Position numbers and translations under genes: made by a program. From Bacteroidales bacterium (GTDB lineage Bacteria > Bacteroidota > Bacteroidia > Bacteroidales > Muribaculaceae), in contig JAJBUG010000029.1 of assembly GCA_020860515.1 (NCBI GenBank), forward strand, positions 7,413-71,412: a stretch of DNA of 64,000 nucleotides. Reading direction: 5' to 3'. Below the pieces are notes generated by a model that was given only the letters and a program-made list of their open reading frames with translations, was not told where the DNA came from and did no database searches. Shown piece after piece: positions 39,210-48,937 of the stretch (its first letter is position 1; the number at the start of each line of letters is the position of its first letter).

Positions 39210-40697
39210 TTAGCCAACTGAGCCTTCCAATGAGATAGAAAGGAGACGCTGTGCCTCAACGGCAAATTCCATGGGCAGCTTGTTCATCACCTCTTTGGCG
39301 TAGCCATTGACGATCAGACCCACAGCCTCCTCGGTGGGGATGCCTCGCTGATTGCAATAAAATAGCTGGTCCTCAGAGATTTTCGATGTGGTGGCTTCAT
39401 GCTCCACCACTGCACTGTCGTTAAGCACGTCAATATAGGGGAAAGTATGCGCACCGCAGGTCTCGCTCAGCAGCAGCGAATCGCACTGGGTGTAATTTCT
39501 TGCGCCCTCGGCACTCGGGGCCACCTTTACCAAACCTCGGTAACTATTTTGGCTAAAGCCAGCCGAAACGCCCTTGCTTACGATGGTTGAACGGGTATTG
39601 CGCCCTATATGAATCATCTTGGTTCCAGTGTCGGCTTGCTGACGATTATTGGTCAAAGCCACTGAGTAGAACTCCCCTACCGAATTGTTTCCAGCCAATA
39701 TGCAGCCCGGATATTTCCAAGTGATGGCGCTACCAGTCTCAACCTGAGTCCACGACAGCTTGCTATTGTCCCCTCGGCAAAGACCGCGCTTGGTCACAAA
39801 GTTGTACACGCCGCCTCGGCCTTCCTTGTCGCCGGCGTACCAGTTCTGCACTGTACTGTATTTTACCTCTGCGCGCTCCTCTACGATAATCTCCACAATT
39901 GCGGCATGGAGCTGATTCTCATCACGAATTGGAGCTGTGCAGCCTTCGAGGTAGCTCACATAGGCATCATCGTCAGCCACAATCAGCGTGCGCTCAAATT
40001 GTCCTGTGCCCGATGCATTGATGCGGAAATATGTGCTCAGTTCCATCGGGCAGCGCACTCCCTTGGGGATATACACAAACGACCCATCTGAGAACACTGC
40101 TGAGTTGAGCGCAGCAAAGAAATTGTCGGTGTAAGGCACCACCTTGCCAAGGTATTTCCTCACCAAATCAGGATAATCCTTCACTGCCTCGGAGAACGAG
40201 CAGAAGATAATGCCCAATTCAGCCAGCTTCTCTCGATGCGTGGTTTTAACCGATACCGAGTCCATCACAGCATCCACTGCCATTCCAGCCAAGTGCTTTT
40301 GCTCCTCCAGGGGTATACCAAGTTTGTTGAAAGTTTCAATCAATTGCGGATCCACCTCATCCATGCTCTTTGGCCCCTCCTTTTTCTTAGGAGCGGCATA
40401 GTAGCTGATGGCCTGGTAATTGATTTCAGGGATGTCGAGATGCGCCCAATGGGGCATCTTCATGGTCAACCATTTACGGTAAGCCTTCAAGCGGAAGTCG
40501 AGCAGCCATTCTGGCTCCCCTTTCTTATGTGAAATCAGTCGTATCACCTCCTCCGACAGACCTGGCGGGATAGTGTCGGTATCGATGTCGGTGTAAAAGC
40601 CATATTTGTAATCCCCAGTGGCTTCGTTGAGGATTTCATCACGGCTCTTATCACGCTCTTTGTCCTTATCTCGATTTTTTTCTTTATCGTCTTGCAT
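39210..40697 (-). CDS. sufB: Fe-S cluster assembly protein SufB
   Basis: [46 protein letters not shown]. Confidence 0.96.
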   Translation of the reverse strand: MQDDKEKNRDKDKERDKSRDEILNEATGDYKYGFYTDIDTDTIPPGLSEEVIRLISHKKGEPEWLLDFRLKAYRKWLTMKMPHWAHLDIPEINYQAISYYAAPKKKEGPKSMDEVDPQLIETFNKLGIPLEEQKHLAGMAVDAVMDSVSVKTTHREKLAELGIIFCSFSEAVKDYPDLVRKYLGKVVPYTDNFFAALNSAVFSDGSFVYIPKGVRCPMELSTYFRINASGTGQFERTLIVADDDAYVSYLEGCTAPIRDENQLHAAIVEIIVEERAEVKYSTVQNWYAGDKEGRGGVYNFVTKRGLCRGDNSKLSWTQVETGSAITWKYPGCILAGNNSVGEFYSVALTNNRQQADTGTKMIHIGRNTRSTIVSKGVSAGFSQNSYRGLVKVAPSAEGARNYTQCDSLLLSETCGAHTFPYIDVLNDSAVVEHEATTSKISEDQLFYCNQRGIPTEEAVGLIVNGYAKEVMNKLPMEFAVEAQRLLSISLEGSVG

Positions 40698-40748
40698 CTG
40701 TGCTATATAGGGTGATTATTTTACTTAATTATTATAACGTAAAAACCT

Positions 40749-41249
40749 TTAGGTTTGTTGATTTTCTGCCTCAATTAGCAATGTGGAGGCTGGCTGGGTG
40801 CCCATTACCACGGGAGCAATTGCCTCTACGCGCTGCACCCACTTGCCCTCAGGCGCCTGGTGGGGCAGAAAAGCGCACCACACATTTAGGATTATGCTCA
40901 GTCCAAAGCCCCAAAGCACTATCTTAAACGCGGCACCGGCCACACGATCGACAATGCTAAGATGCATGCTGCTGATCAACGACCTCATCATGCTGCCACA
41001 CATCACCAACGCAAAATAAGCCACGATGAAAATGCCAGCATAGCTAATTACCGTTAGCATCACATCGCTCGAGTCCTCAGCAGCTATTGATTTGCACCAG
41101 TCCACTACCGCTGGTCCGAACATGCGGCAGGCTATCACACCGGCCACAATCCCGGCAATGCTGCCAACTTGGCGAATTATACCCGCACGGAAGCCCAAGG
41201 CCCCAGCTACCGCCGCCAGCAGAATCAGAAACATATTGAAAGGCGTCAT
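40749..41249 (-). CDS. CvpA (colicin V production) family membrane protein
   Basis: GFRAGIIRQVGSIAGIVAG...DRVAGAAF pattern; four TM segments. Confidence 0.8.
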   Translation of the reverse strand: MTPFNMFLILLAAVAGALGFRAGIIRQVGSIAGIVAGVIACRMFGPAVVDWCKSIAAEDSSDVMLTVISYAGIFIVAYFALVMCGSMMRSLISSMHLSIVDRVAGAAFKIVLWGFGLSIILNVWCAFLPHQAPEGKWVQRVEAIAPVVMGTQPASTLLIEAENQQT

Positions 41250-41250
41250 A

Positions 41251-41443
41251 TTCGTTTTTCGTTTTACGTTTTTCGTTTTAAGTTTTAAGTTTTAAGTTTT
41301 AAGAAATACTTTCGTAGATTATCGTTCACTCGTAGATTATCGTCTCTCGTATCTCTCGTTCACTCGTATCTCTCGTCTATCGTATCTCTCGTCTCTCGTA
41401 TCTCTCGTCTCTAATATCTCTCGTCTATTCGTTGATTCTCGTT
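41251..41443. repeat. Composite repeat arm: heptamer array + GAAATACTTTCG core + CTCGT-type array
   Basis: (C/A)GTTTT(A/T) heptamers, then TTAAGAAATACTTTCGT (41299-41315), multiple TCTCGT/CGTAGATT units, and TTCGTTGATTCTCGTT (41428-41443). Confidence 0.9.
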
Positions 41444-41452
41444 ATTATTTTG

Positions 41453-41503
41453 CAAATTTAGTGATTTTTTGTGGGATTGTTGTTGCAAACCTTACTAACT
41501 TTG
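41453..41503. promoter_or_regulatory. Divergent -7 promoter elements for cvpA-suf (minus) and the ECF sigma (plus)
   Basis: TAAATTTG on minus (41453-41460); TAACTTTG on plus (41496-41503). Confidence 0.6.
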
Positions 41504-41534
41504 CGTGTATTAAACAAAACTGCGACAAAATTCA

Positions 41535-42047
41535 ATGGAAAGTACGACGCTGACAAAGGTATTTACTCGATTGCGGGCCTCCCTCCTTGGCAAGGCTGCC
41601 ACAATCACTGGCAACTCAGCCGAGGCCGAGGATGCCGTGCAAGATGCCTTTACACGCCTATGGACTTCCAAAACCCCAATCTCCGATGCTGACCAAGCCG
41701 AGGGCCTTAGCCGTACGGCTGTACGCAATGCCAGCATAGACATTCTGCGGCGCCGAAAACCAAATGTAGAGTTAGAGACCGGTCTTCATGCAGACACCTC
41801 CGAGGTTATCTATTATAGCCCTCCCTCCCATGAAGAGCGAGACGATTTCTTTGAGGATGTGCAGTCACTGATCAACCACTATCTCTCGCCTCGCGACCGC
41901 GACCTACTGATAAAGCGTGACATGCACGGATATGAATACGATGAATTGGCTCAGCTCTACGGCATCAGCGAAGCAAATGTAAGAATGATCCTGAGCCGCT
42001 CACGAAAAACCATCCGCGCCCTATATCGACAAAAGTTAAGACAATAG
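41535..42047 (+). CDS. ECF-type RNA polymerase sigma factor
   Basis: AEDAVQDAFTRLW (region 2), VRNASIDILRRR, GYEYDELAQLYGISEANVRMILSRSRK (region 4). Confidence 0.9.
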   Translation: MESTTLTKVFTRLRASLLGKAATITGNSAEAEDAVQDAFTRLWTSKTPISDADQAEGLSRTAVRNASIDILRRRKPNVELETGLHADTSEVIYYSPPSHEERDDFFEDVQSLINHYLSPRDRDLLIKRDMHGYEYDELAQLYGISEANVRMILSRSRKTIRALYRQKLRQ

Positions 42048-42118
42048 CCCGTTCCCAAATAATCCGATTTCCCATTTCCCCCTTAATCCGTTTATCCGTT
42101 TTCCCGACAATCCGATAA

Positions 42119-42215
42119 GACGAAAATCTACGAATCAACGAGAATCAACGAAAGTATTTCTTAATACTTAATACTTAACACTTAATACTTAATACTTAAC
42201 ACTTAATACTTAAAG
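42119..42215. repeat. Composite repeat arm, inverted relative to 41251..41443
   Basis: AACGAGAATCAACGAAAGTATTTC followed by seven TTAA(T/C)AC heptamers (42161-42209) running up to the ATG at 42218. Confidence 0.9.
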
Positions 42216-42217
42216 TT

Positions 42218-42700
42218 ATGGATATCAATGCTTTAATAGATAAATATTTTGATGGGGAGACCACTGTGGCTGAAGAGCGCCAGCTCCGAGAGATGCTTGC
42301 CGACCCATCTTATGATAACAACGCTGCCGACGAGGCTCGCGCCACCATGGCAGCAATCGACGCAATGGCCTCCAAAGCTCAACATTCACCTAATACCTGG
42401 AAGCAGTCACTTAGGGAATCCCAATTACGGCCAACCTTAAGGAGGCAAAGTGCAGCTTTTTGGTCCCACCTCGCCCGTGCTGCTGCAGTGGCAGCTGTAA
42501 TCATAGTAGGCGCCTTAGCCATTTTCAAGCCAGCGCCAGATTGCGTGGCTTACGCCTACGGCCACCGCGTTGACAGTCCCGAACTTGCCCTCCAGTTCAT
42601 GATGAGCGACCTCGAAGCAGTGGGCGCAGCCCAAGATGCCGTGCAAAGCCAAATAGCCGCCGATTTCTCAGCCATCGCCAATGCATTAGATAATGAATAA
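42218..42700 (+). CDS. Putative single-TM anti-sigma factor
   Basis: LIDKYFDGETTVAEERQL N-terminus typical of Bacteroidetes anti-sigma factors, one TM segment, directly after the ECF gene. Confidence 0.7.
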   Translation: MDINALIDKYFDGETTVAEERQLREMLADPSYDNNAADEARATMAAIDAMASKAQHSPNTWKQSLRESQLRPTLRRQSAAFWSHLARAAAVAAVIIVGALAIFKPAPDCVAYAYGHRVDSPELALQFMMSDLEAVGAAQDAVQSQIAADFSAIANALDNE

Positions 42701-42760
42701 AGCCACCGTTCGGTCCGCGTTAGCGACCGCTCCATAAATGACAATTAAAATCCACCTGAT

Positions 42761-43204
42761 ATGAAACGAATAATAATGTGCAGCTTGATGCTTGCCGCTT
42801 GCTTAGGACTCGCCTTCGCCCAAAAGGGCTTGGCAATCAACGAGCTATTCGGAAAGCGGTACACCGACGACAAACAGGCGATCGTCACCAGCATCAAAGG
42901 CTCTACCCTTGAGCCTTATGACCTCTCGCGCTACAAATCTCTTACAGTAAACAACCGCCCAGCCGAAGCTAAAACCATCGAGCCCATTTTGGCAAAAGAC
43001 GCCGCCATTGCTATCGACAGCGAGACCAGCTACCGCGATGGCCAGCTCTATTATGCCTTCTATTCTTTGCCCAGGATTGATTCAGAGAATCGTTATATCT
43101 TTTACCTTAATCAATCGCTTGCGGGAAAAGATAAAATCATCCTGATGTATCTGCAGGGCTATGCCTCGGCAAATCAAGTAAAGAAAATGTTAAAATCCAA
43201 CTGA
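42761..43204 (+). CDS. Secreted hypothetical protein (DUF6108-like) in the ECF operon
   Basis: Signal peptide; GLAINELFGKRY...YYAFYSLP...NRYIFY pattern. Confidence 0.6.
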   Translation: MKRIIMCSLMLAACLGLAFAQKGLAINELFGKRYTDDKQAIVTSIKGSTLEPYDLSRYKSLTVNNRPAEAKTIEPILAKDAAIAIDSETSYRDGQLYYAFYSLPRIDSENRYIFYLNQSLAGKDKIILMYLQGYASANQVKKMLKSN

Positions 43205-43205
43205 T

Positions 43206-44051
43206 ATGAAAAAAATAATTACTCTAATATTCACTCTGTGGCTGGCTTTAACGGCTACAGCCCAAACACCAGTTGACACAGTGGCAGTGCTGAAAGATGC
43301 AAAAAATGTCACCCTCACCTCAACAGAACAGGGCGTAAACCTGCTAATTCGCAACGACAAAGGTGGCCTTACCTACCGCTATAACACCCAAAATACCAGC
43401 GTTGACTCAGTAAAAGAGGATGACGACTGGAATCTGGAACCAGTATTCCTTAACAAACAAAAACGCAAGAAATACGCCACCATCTGCGGTTCACTCTACG
43501 GAGGTTACACTTGGCTTTACGATGCTCCCGAAGGCATAAATCACGGAGCTGAAGTTGGCTTCAAAGACCTTTGCGCCTTCCAATGGCGACCAACCGATTA
43601 CACTTATTTATCAATCGGCTTTGGTTGGCAAATGAATTGGTATTATCTCAAAAAAGGCATGATCCTTGACCAGCAAAATCATAACCTTCTTATCAAAGCT
43701 GCCGAAGAGGGAATGGCTAAGACTGAAGGTGAAATCTTCATGACCAGCCTGTTGCTGCCTGTCACTTATACCCAGAAAATTAGTGGAGATTTCGGATTCT
43801 CTATTTCTGCAATAGCTAATTTTTGGCCTTTCTGGAAACAGGCCAGCACTTCCTACCAACTCGATGGATATAAATATAAAGAAAGTTTCAAACACCTTGA
43901 GACTAATTTCATTACCCCCGAATTTATGTTCACAATGGGATGGGTAGGATCATTCGGAGTTTATGTGAAATACAATCCATGTTCGCGCTTCCGTGATGGC
44001 TACGGCCCTCAATTCAAAGCTCTCTCGGTAGGCGCCAGCTTAGTATTCTAA
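43206..44051 (+). CDS. Outer-membrane beta-barrel (porin-like) protein
   Basis: Signal peptide, alternating strands, C-terminal ...LSVGASLVF. Confidence 0.7.
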   Translation: MKKIITLIFTLWLALTATAQTPVDTVAVLKDAKNVTLTSTEQGVNLLIRNDKGGLTYRYNTQNTSVDSVKEDDDWNLEPVFLNKQKRKKYATICGSLYGGYTWLYDAPEGINHGAEVGFKDLCAFQWRPTDYTYLSIGFGWQMNWYYLKKGMILDQQNHNLLIKAAEEGMAKTEGEIFMTSLLLPVTYTQKISGDFGFSISAIANFWPFWKQASTSYQLDGYKYKESFKHLETNFITPEFMFTMGWVGSFGVYVKYNPCSRFRDGYGPQFKALSVGASLVF

Positions 44052-44115
44052 AGCATCTTCCCTCCTTTTTCATCCTTTTCACCTTTCATCCTTTAACCGA
44101 TTTAATCAAGAAATT

Positions 44116-45030
44116 ATGAAACTTCTATATATTCTTTCTGCCATGCTGATAGCAGGAATTTCAGCGTCGGCGCAGGCTCCAGCCGATACTATTGTAGCCA
44201 ACGTGAGAGTTGACAGCGTGATGGTGACACAGGCCAACGACAAAGTGACCATCTCACTGATGGGAATCGATGGCAACGCTGACCAAAACATTACCTACGA
44301 CCAGCACTTGGAGAAAAACCGTGTGACCAAAACCACACAAGGCCGAAATGTAAAAAGCTTTTGGGACGACTGTGACGAAGCCATCGAAGTGGTGAAGCTG
44401 CGCAGCAACAATGGCAAATGGGATGCCATTATCGGAGGCTTGGGCTTTGGCTTCAACACTGCCCTTGGCAAACCTGCAGCCATGCAGACACAAATGATGA
44501 AGAGCTGGGATATACAGTGGCTCTATGTAATCGGTGCACGCTACCATATTGGCAAGACTCGCAATTCAATCAATTTTGGTCTGGGTCTTGACTGGCGCAA
44601 TTACAAGTCAACCCTTGGCTCAAGGTTTATACAAGATGAAAATGGCAGAGTAGCCATTGATCAATTCCCCGAGGGGGTTGACCCGGGATTTTCACGCATA
44701 AAGATATTCAGTCTTACCGTGCCTGTGCTCTACAAGCAAACCTTGCCCATAAATTTCCCACATAATGGCAAGATGTGGCTCGCATTTGGCCCTGTGGTGA
44801 ATTTCAATACCCATGCCAGTATTCGCACACAATGGGAGGGTGACGATGAGCGCACAATGCAACAAAGCGCCAACATTTCGGGTCGGCGCAAAGTTACAGT
44901 TGACGGCATTGCCATCATTGGCATCAATAGCTGGCTCGGCGTATATTTCCGTTACAGCCCAATGAAGCAGCTCGAAAGCGGTTCACCCCAATTCTCCAGC
45001 TTCACCACAGGCCTCACATTTGGCTTCTAA
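44116..45030 (+). CDS. Outer-membrane beta-barrel protein, paralogue of 43206..44051
   Basis: GLGFGF, FGLGLDWRNY, GVYFRYSP..., C-terminal FTTGLTFGF. Confidence 0.72.
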   Translation: MKLLYILSAMLIAGISASAQAPADTIVANVRVDSVMVTQANDKVTISLMGIDGNADQNITYDQHLEKNRVTKTTQGRNVKSFWDDCDEAIEVVKLRSNNGKWDAIIGGLGFGFNTALGKPAAMQTQMMKSWDIQWLYVIGARYHIGKTRNSINFGLGLDWRNYKSTLGSRFIQDENGRVAIDQFPEGVDPGFSRIKIFSLTVPVLYKQTLPINFPHNGKMWLAFGPVVNFNTHASIRTQWEGDDERTMQQSANISGRRKVTVDGIAIIGINSWLGVYFRYSPMKQLESGSPQFSSFTTGLTFGF

Positions 45031-46321
45031 TAAACAAAGGTTTCTTTTCGGGTTTTGGCTGAGGAGGGAAGAGATTGAAGATGAAGCCTACGGGTGTGAG
45101 ATACTGATTCCAGTCCACACTTTCAAATACGGTGTGGGGTACGCTCAGGGCGATCACATCGTAGGAAGCAGCTTCGAGCTGTTGGATATCCGTGATTATA
45201 TCCAAACCATATTCTTCCTTTACATCATCGGCAATTGCCAAGGGGTCGTAGATATCCACCTCAGGAATATAATTCTTGAGCGTGCGATACACATCAATCA
45301 CCTTGGTATTGCGGGTGTCGGGGCAGTTGGGCTTGAATGTGAATCCAGCGATCAGCACCTTGGCCTTAAGGCTCGACAAGTCATGCGCCAGCATATAATC
45401 AAGAATCTGCTTGGCCATGTAATGACCCATATTGTCGTTGATGTTGCGAGCTTCAGAAATCAAGCGAGGCTTGATGCCTCCGAGTTCGGCCCGATGAATC
45501 AGATAATATGGGTCAACGCCAATGCAATGGCCACCTACCAAGCCGGGGCGAAAAGGCAGAAAATTCCACTTGCTCGACGCTGCCTTGATCACATCCTCAA
45601 TGTCAATTCCCATCGAGCGAAAAATCATGGCCGTTTCGTTCATAAATGCAATGTTCACATCTCGCTGGGTATTCTCAATTATCTTTGCAGCCTCAGCCAC
45701 CTTGATGCTCCGCGCTGGATAGGTGCCATTGAGCAATACTGAGTTGTAGAGGTCATCAATGCGCTTGGCAACCTCGGGGGTAGAGCCCGACGTTATCTTC
45801 ACAATGGTCTCTACCGTATGCTCTCGGTCGCCGGGGTTTACACGCTCAGGCGAATAGCCCGCAAAGAAATCTATATTGTATTTCAAGCCGGATTCCTTGG
45901 CTAAGATTGGTACGCAGGTGTCCTCAGTCACACCTGGATACACGGTGCTTTCGTAAATCACGATATCGCCATGCTTGAGCCAGGAGCCTACTTGCTTCGA
46001 GGCTTTTTTCAGCGGACGCAAGTCAGGCTTGTGGCAGCAATCCACGGGAGTTGGCACTGTCACAATGTAGATATTGCAGTCCTTCATCAGCTCTGGATCA
46101 CTGGTGAGGGTCAGACCGCGCTCCAATGCATGCTTCACCTCATCGTGAGCTACTTCATCGGTAGCATCATAGCCTTTGAGCAATTCATCCACTCGCTTTT
46201 GCTTTAGGTCAAAGCCCACCACATCGTGGGCCTTGGCCATCAAGCAGGCAAGCGGGAAACCCACATAGCCCAAACCAATGATTCCAATTTTATCCTTTCT
46301 CATTGGCATAAGTATAATCAA
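45014..46321 (-). CDS. UDP-N-acetylhexosamine 6-dehydrogenase (TviB/WbpO-like nucleotide-sugar dehydrogenase)
   Basis: IGLGYVGFPLA, VIYESTVYPGVTED, YSPERVNPGD, GGHCIGVDPYYL, GFTFKPNCPDTRN. The true start is probably a few codons downstream (MPMRK). Confidence 0.9.
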   Translation of the reverse strand: MIILMPMRKDKIGIIGLGYVGFPLACLMAKAHDVVGFDLKQKRVDELLKGYDATDEVAHDEVKHALERGLTLTSDPELMKDCNIYIVTVPTPVDCCHKPDLRPLKKASKQVGSWLKHGDIVIYESTVYPGVTEDTCVPILAKESGLKYNIDFFAGYSPERVNPGDREHTVETIVKITSGSTPEVAKRIDDLYNSVLLNGTYPARSIKVAEAAKIIENTQRDVNIAFMNETAMIFRSMGIDIEDVIKAASSKWNFLPFRPGLVGGHCIGVDPYYLIHRAELGGIKPRLISEARNINDNMGHYMAKQILDYMLAHDLSSLKAKVLIAGFTFKPNCPDTRNTKVIDVYRTLKNYIPEVDIYDPLAIADDVKEEYGLDIITDIQQLEAASYDVIALSVPHTVFESVDWNQYLTPVGFIFNLFPPQPKPEKKPLFIRSQM

Positions 46322-48862
46322 TTAAAGCTTGAACACTCGGATACCAGCCCTACCGTAAGCTACAACCAGATACTTATTGCCATTGTCGGCAAGTGGCTGC
46401 ACATAGTTGGCCGATGCGGATTCATTGTTCATAAAGTAACGCACAGGAACAAGAGCACTCTTGGTGAGTTCCCATACACCAGCGCCACCGTTGGCCACAT
46501 ACACATAATCACCGTCGATGCAAAGGCCGTTGGCTGCAGAACCGCGATAACGATTTGGATCTGGCGTCTTAGCGGCGGTGTCTTTCTTGAGCAAATCATA
46601 ATTGGCATCCATCCAATCGGGAATGTTAATGCGAGCCACCTCCGCACCGCTGGTGCTATACTTGGCTACGCCATTCCACCCTTGGCATGAGTAGAGATAG
46701 CCCTCGCTGTCGAAGGCAATCACGTTCTTGCCATAGATTGGACCGAAAGCAGGCACCTCGATTGTTGAAGTTGGCTCAAGGTCGGCTGAGAACGACCAAG
46801 GATTGCTCCAGATTTTGATTTCGGCTTTGAGCTGTGTGGCATTGTCGTTCCACCACATGTATTCTTCATCCTTGGGCACATCCACATATTCAATTGTTGC
46901 TATTGCTCCTGTGGGGCTCTTGGCAATGTGCTTTACAGAATTGTCAGTACTCTTAGCATCCTTCCAAGGTGAAAAAGATACCCAGCCTTGACCATCAACT
47001 TTAATGCTCTTCACTGAGAAATTGGCGCCATTGTCGGCATAATCCATAATTTGATAGCCACCGCGGCTTACAATCCACAGTTCGTCATTGCCGTCAGCAT
47101 CTTGACCAACAATAAGCGAGTTGCCGCTGCGGCCTGCCTCGATATCTGCGGTTACAGTGCCATCTTCTGCTACTGTGCTGTTATCCTTGCCAAGTTGGCG
47201 GGCAGTAAGGATGTCCATGCTGTTGCCAGTCCAATCCTCACCTGCGCTTTTGATATCAGCAATCTTGATTCGACCAATGAATCCACCCTTCTTGTCGTGG
47301 TCGCCAACAAGCAAGAGATAATCATTGTGGTAAATCAAGTGGTTGAAATCATAAGCATTGTCACGGTCGGTACCATGCTTTGTGATATCATCTTTCTCTT
47401 TGCCCGATACTGTCTGATACTCATCATCAGGATCAGAGTAAGCAAGCCATGCAGGCGTTTCCATCCAAGCATCCAGGGTTACCTTGTCGGTGCTGCCATC
47501 AACAATTATTTTCTCCACGCAGCCCCACACGTTGCCACCGCGAAGATGCCACGACACATAAGCCTCATTGCCATTCACTGCGATGCAGGTGGCCGAAATT
47601 GGATGGGTATGGGTAGGATCAATATCGGCAATATTCACAAATTCCGGGAACGGAGTCACCGAGGGAGTTCCATAAGCCGAACCGCAACCGCTGCTGGGCA
47701 CATAGTATTCCTTGGCCTCGTCAATAATCACATTCTCAGGAGTAGTAGCAGTCCCTCCACCACTTTCATGAGCAATAGTGCCATAGAGAATTACATAGCT
47801 GTCACCGAACTGCTGTGCAAAAGCCTCCTTTGTGTTAAGGGTAATGGTTGACTTCTTGCCATCAGCTGTCTCAGCCTGGATTACAGCATATTCCGAGCTC
47901 TCATGATCCTCAATTTGGATTACATTGACTTGCGAACTGCGGGGCTGCATAGTCATTCCATTGTATGCCCGAACAATGGCGCCGTTAGCCATGGTGAGAT
48001 TGCCACTTCCATTGAAATCAATAGCGTTGCACGCGCCACCCCATTCAGTAAACAATGTGTTGGAATCGACCTTCAGCGTTCCTGACAAATCAAAACACGC
48101 AATAGCTACCGAAGCGTTAGCATTGACAGTCATGCTCGCACCCTTGAATTTCTGGGCGAAAATCACTCCAGCGGAATCCCCGTTCTTTTGTGGGATTATA
48201 TCAACTGTAGCCTCGATTTCATCTGATACGATAAGGCCTTTAGGGCTATTTTTAGTGATCAAGATTGGCTTAGATGAGAAATTGAAAGCGTTGCCAGCGA
48301 AATCTCCGTTGATTTCCAATTGACCTTGACCAACGATAATGAAAGTTACCAGGTTTGAACCACATTCTGTAACTGTCAGTTTGCCTGAGGTCACATATAC
48401 CACTCTTTTCTTGTCCGCAGCATCCACTCGCGAAGTCAGATTTGCGGTAGAGACAAAGTTTGTCTCCCCTTTTTCATCTGAGGTGTAATCTCCATTTCGA
48501 AAATCGAGAGATGTGAGAGTCACATACTGGTCATACGATTCCGGCAATGTAATTCCATCATACTCCTCAATCGCAGCTTTTAAAGCAGAATTGTTGGCCT
48601 TTAAGTATGTTTCCCAGGTCTTGTAGTCGGCAGCGGCTGCGCGGCTTGCGCTGCTGTAATTGGTCACATACTGGCCCAGGAGGTCAGGATCAGTGACGAT
48701 TGACATCGGCGAGGCCTCAATCTGAGTTTCCTCGGGTGCAGTAGAATCGCTGCCATTTGAGGGGCCCTTGATGTCATCGTCGGAGCATGATGCGGTGAGC
48801 CCCAGCACGGCAATCGCCATTGCCAGGATTAACCCCTTGTTGCAAAAATTTTGTTTCTTCAT
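46322..48862 (-). CDS. Large lipoprotein with C-terminal beta-propeller (LVIVD-like blades)
   Basis: Lipobox LTASC-SDDD. ISATCIAVNGNEAYVSWH, SAANGLCIDGDYVYVANGGAGV, YLVVAYGRAGIRVFKL. Confidence 0.7.
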   Translation of the reverse strand: MKKQNFCNKGLILAMAIAVLGLTASCSDDDIKGPSNGSDSTAPEETQIEASPMSIVTDPDLLGQYVTNYSSASRAAAADYKTWETYLKANNSALKAAIEEYDGITLPESYDQYVTLTSLDFRNGDYTSDEKGETNFVSTANLTSRVDAADKKRVVYVTSGKLTVTECGSNLVTFIIVGQGQLEINGDFAGNAFNFSSKPILITKNSPKGLIVSDEIEATVDIIPQKNGDSAGVIFAQKFKGASMTVNANASVAIACFDLSGTLKVDSNTLFTEWGGACNAIDFNGSGNLTMANGAIVRAYNGMTMQPRSSQVNVIQIEDHESSEYAVIQAETADGKKSTITLNTKEAFAQQFGDSYVILYGTIAHESGGGTATTPENVIIDEAKEYYVPSSGCGSAYGTPSVTPFPEFVNIADIDPTHTHPISATCIAVNGNEAYVSWHLRGGNVWGCVEKIIVDGSTDKVTLDAWMETPAWLAYSDPDDEYQTVSGKEKDDITKHGTDRDNAYDFNHLIYHNDYLLLVGDHDKKGGFIGRIKIADIKSAGEDWTGNSMDILTARQLGKDNSTVAEDGTVTADIEAGRSGNSLIVGQDADGNDELWIVSRGGYQIMDYADNGANFSVKSIKVDGQGWVSFSPWKDAKSTDNSVKHIAKSPTGAIATIEYVDVPKDEEYMWWNDNATQLKAEIKIWSNPWSFSADLEPTSTIEVPAFGPIYGKNVIAFDSEGYLYSCQGWNGVAKYSTSGAEVARINIPDWMDANYDLLKKDTAAKTPDPNRYRGSAANGLCIDGDYVYVANGGAGVWELTKSALVPVRYFMNNESASANYVQPLADNGNKYLVVAYGRAGIRVFKL

Positions 48863-48871
48863 AATCTGTTA

Positions 48872-48937
48872 ATTTTAACTTATCATTTTGTACCTATTAA
48901 TTCTTAATTCGTATTTTGTACTTCGTATTTTGTATTT
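48872..48937. repeat. Degenerate 7-bp-period tract between GT2 and the lipoprotein gene
   Basis: On minus: AAAATAC GAAGTAC AAAATAC GAATTAA GAATTAA TAGGTAC AAAATGA TAAGTTA, ending shortly before the ATG. Confidence 0.6.
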
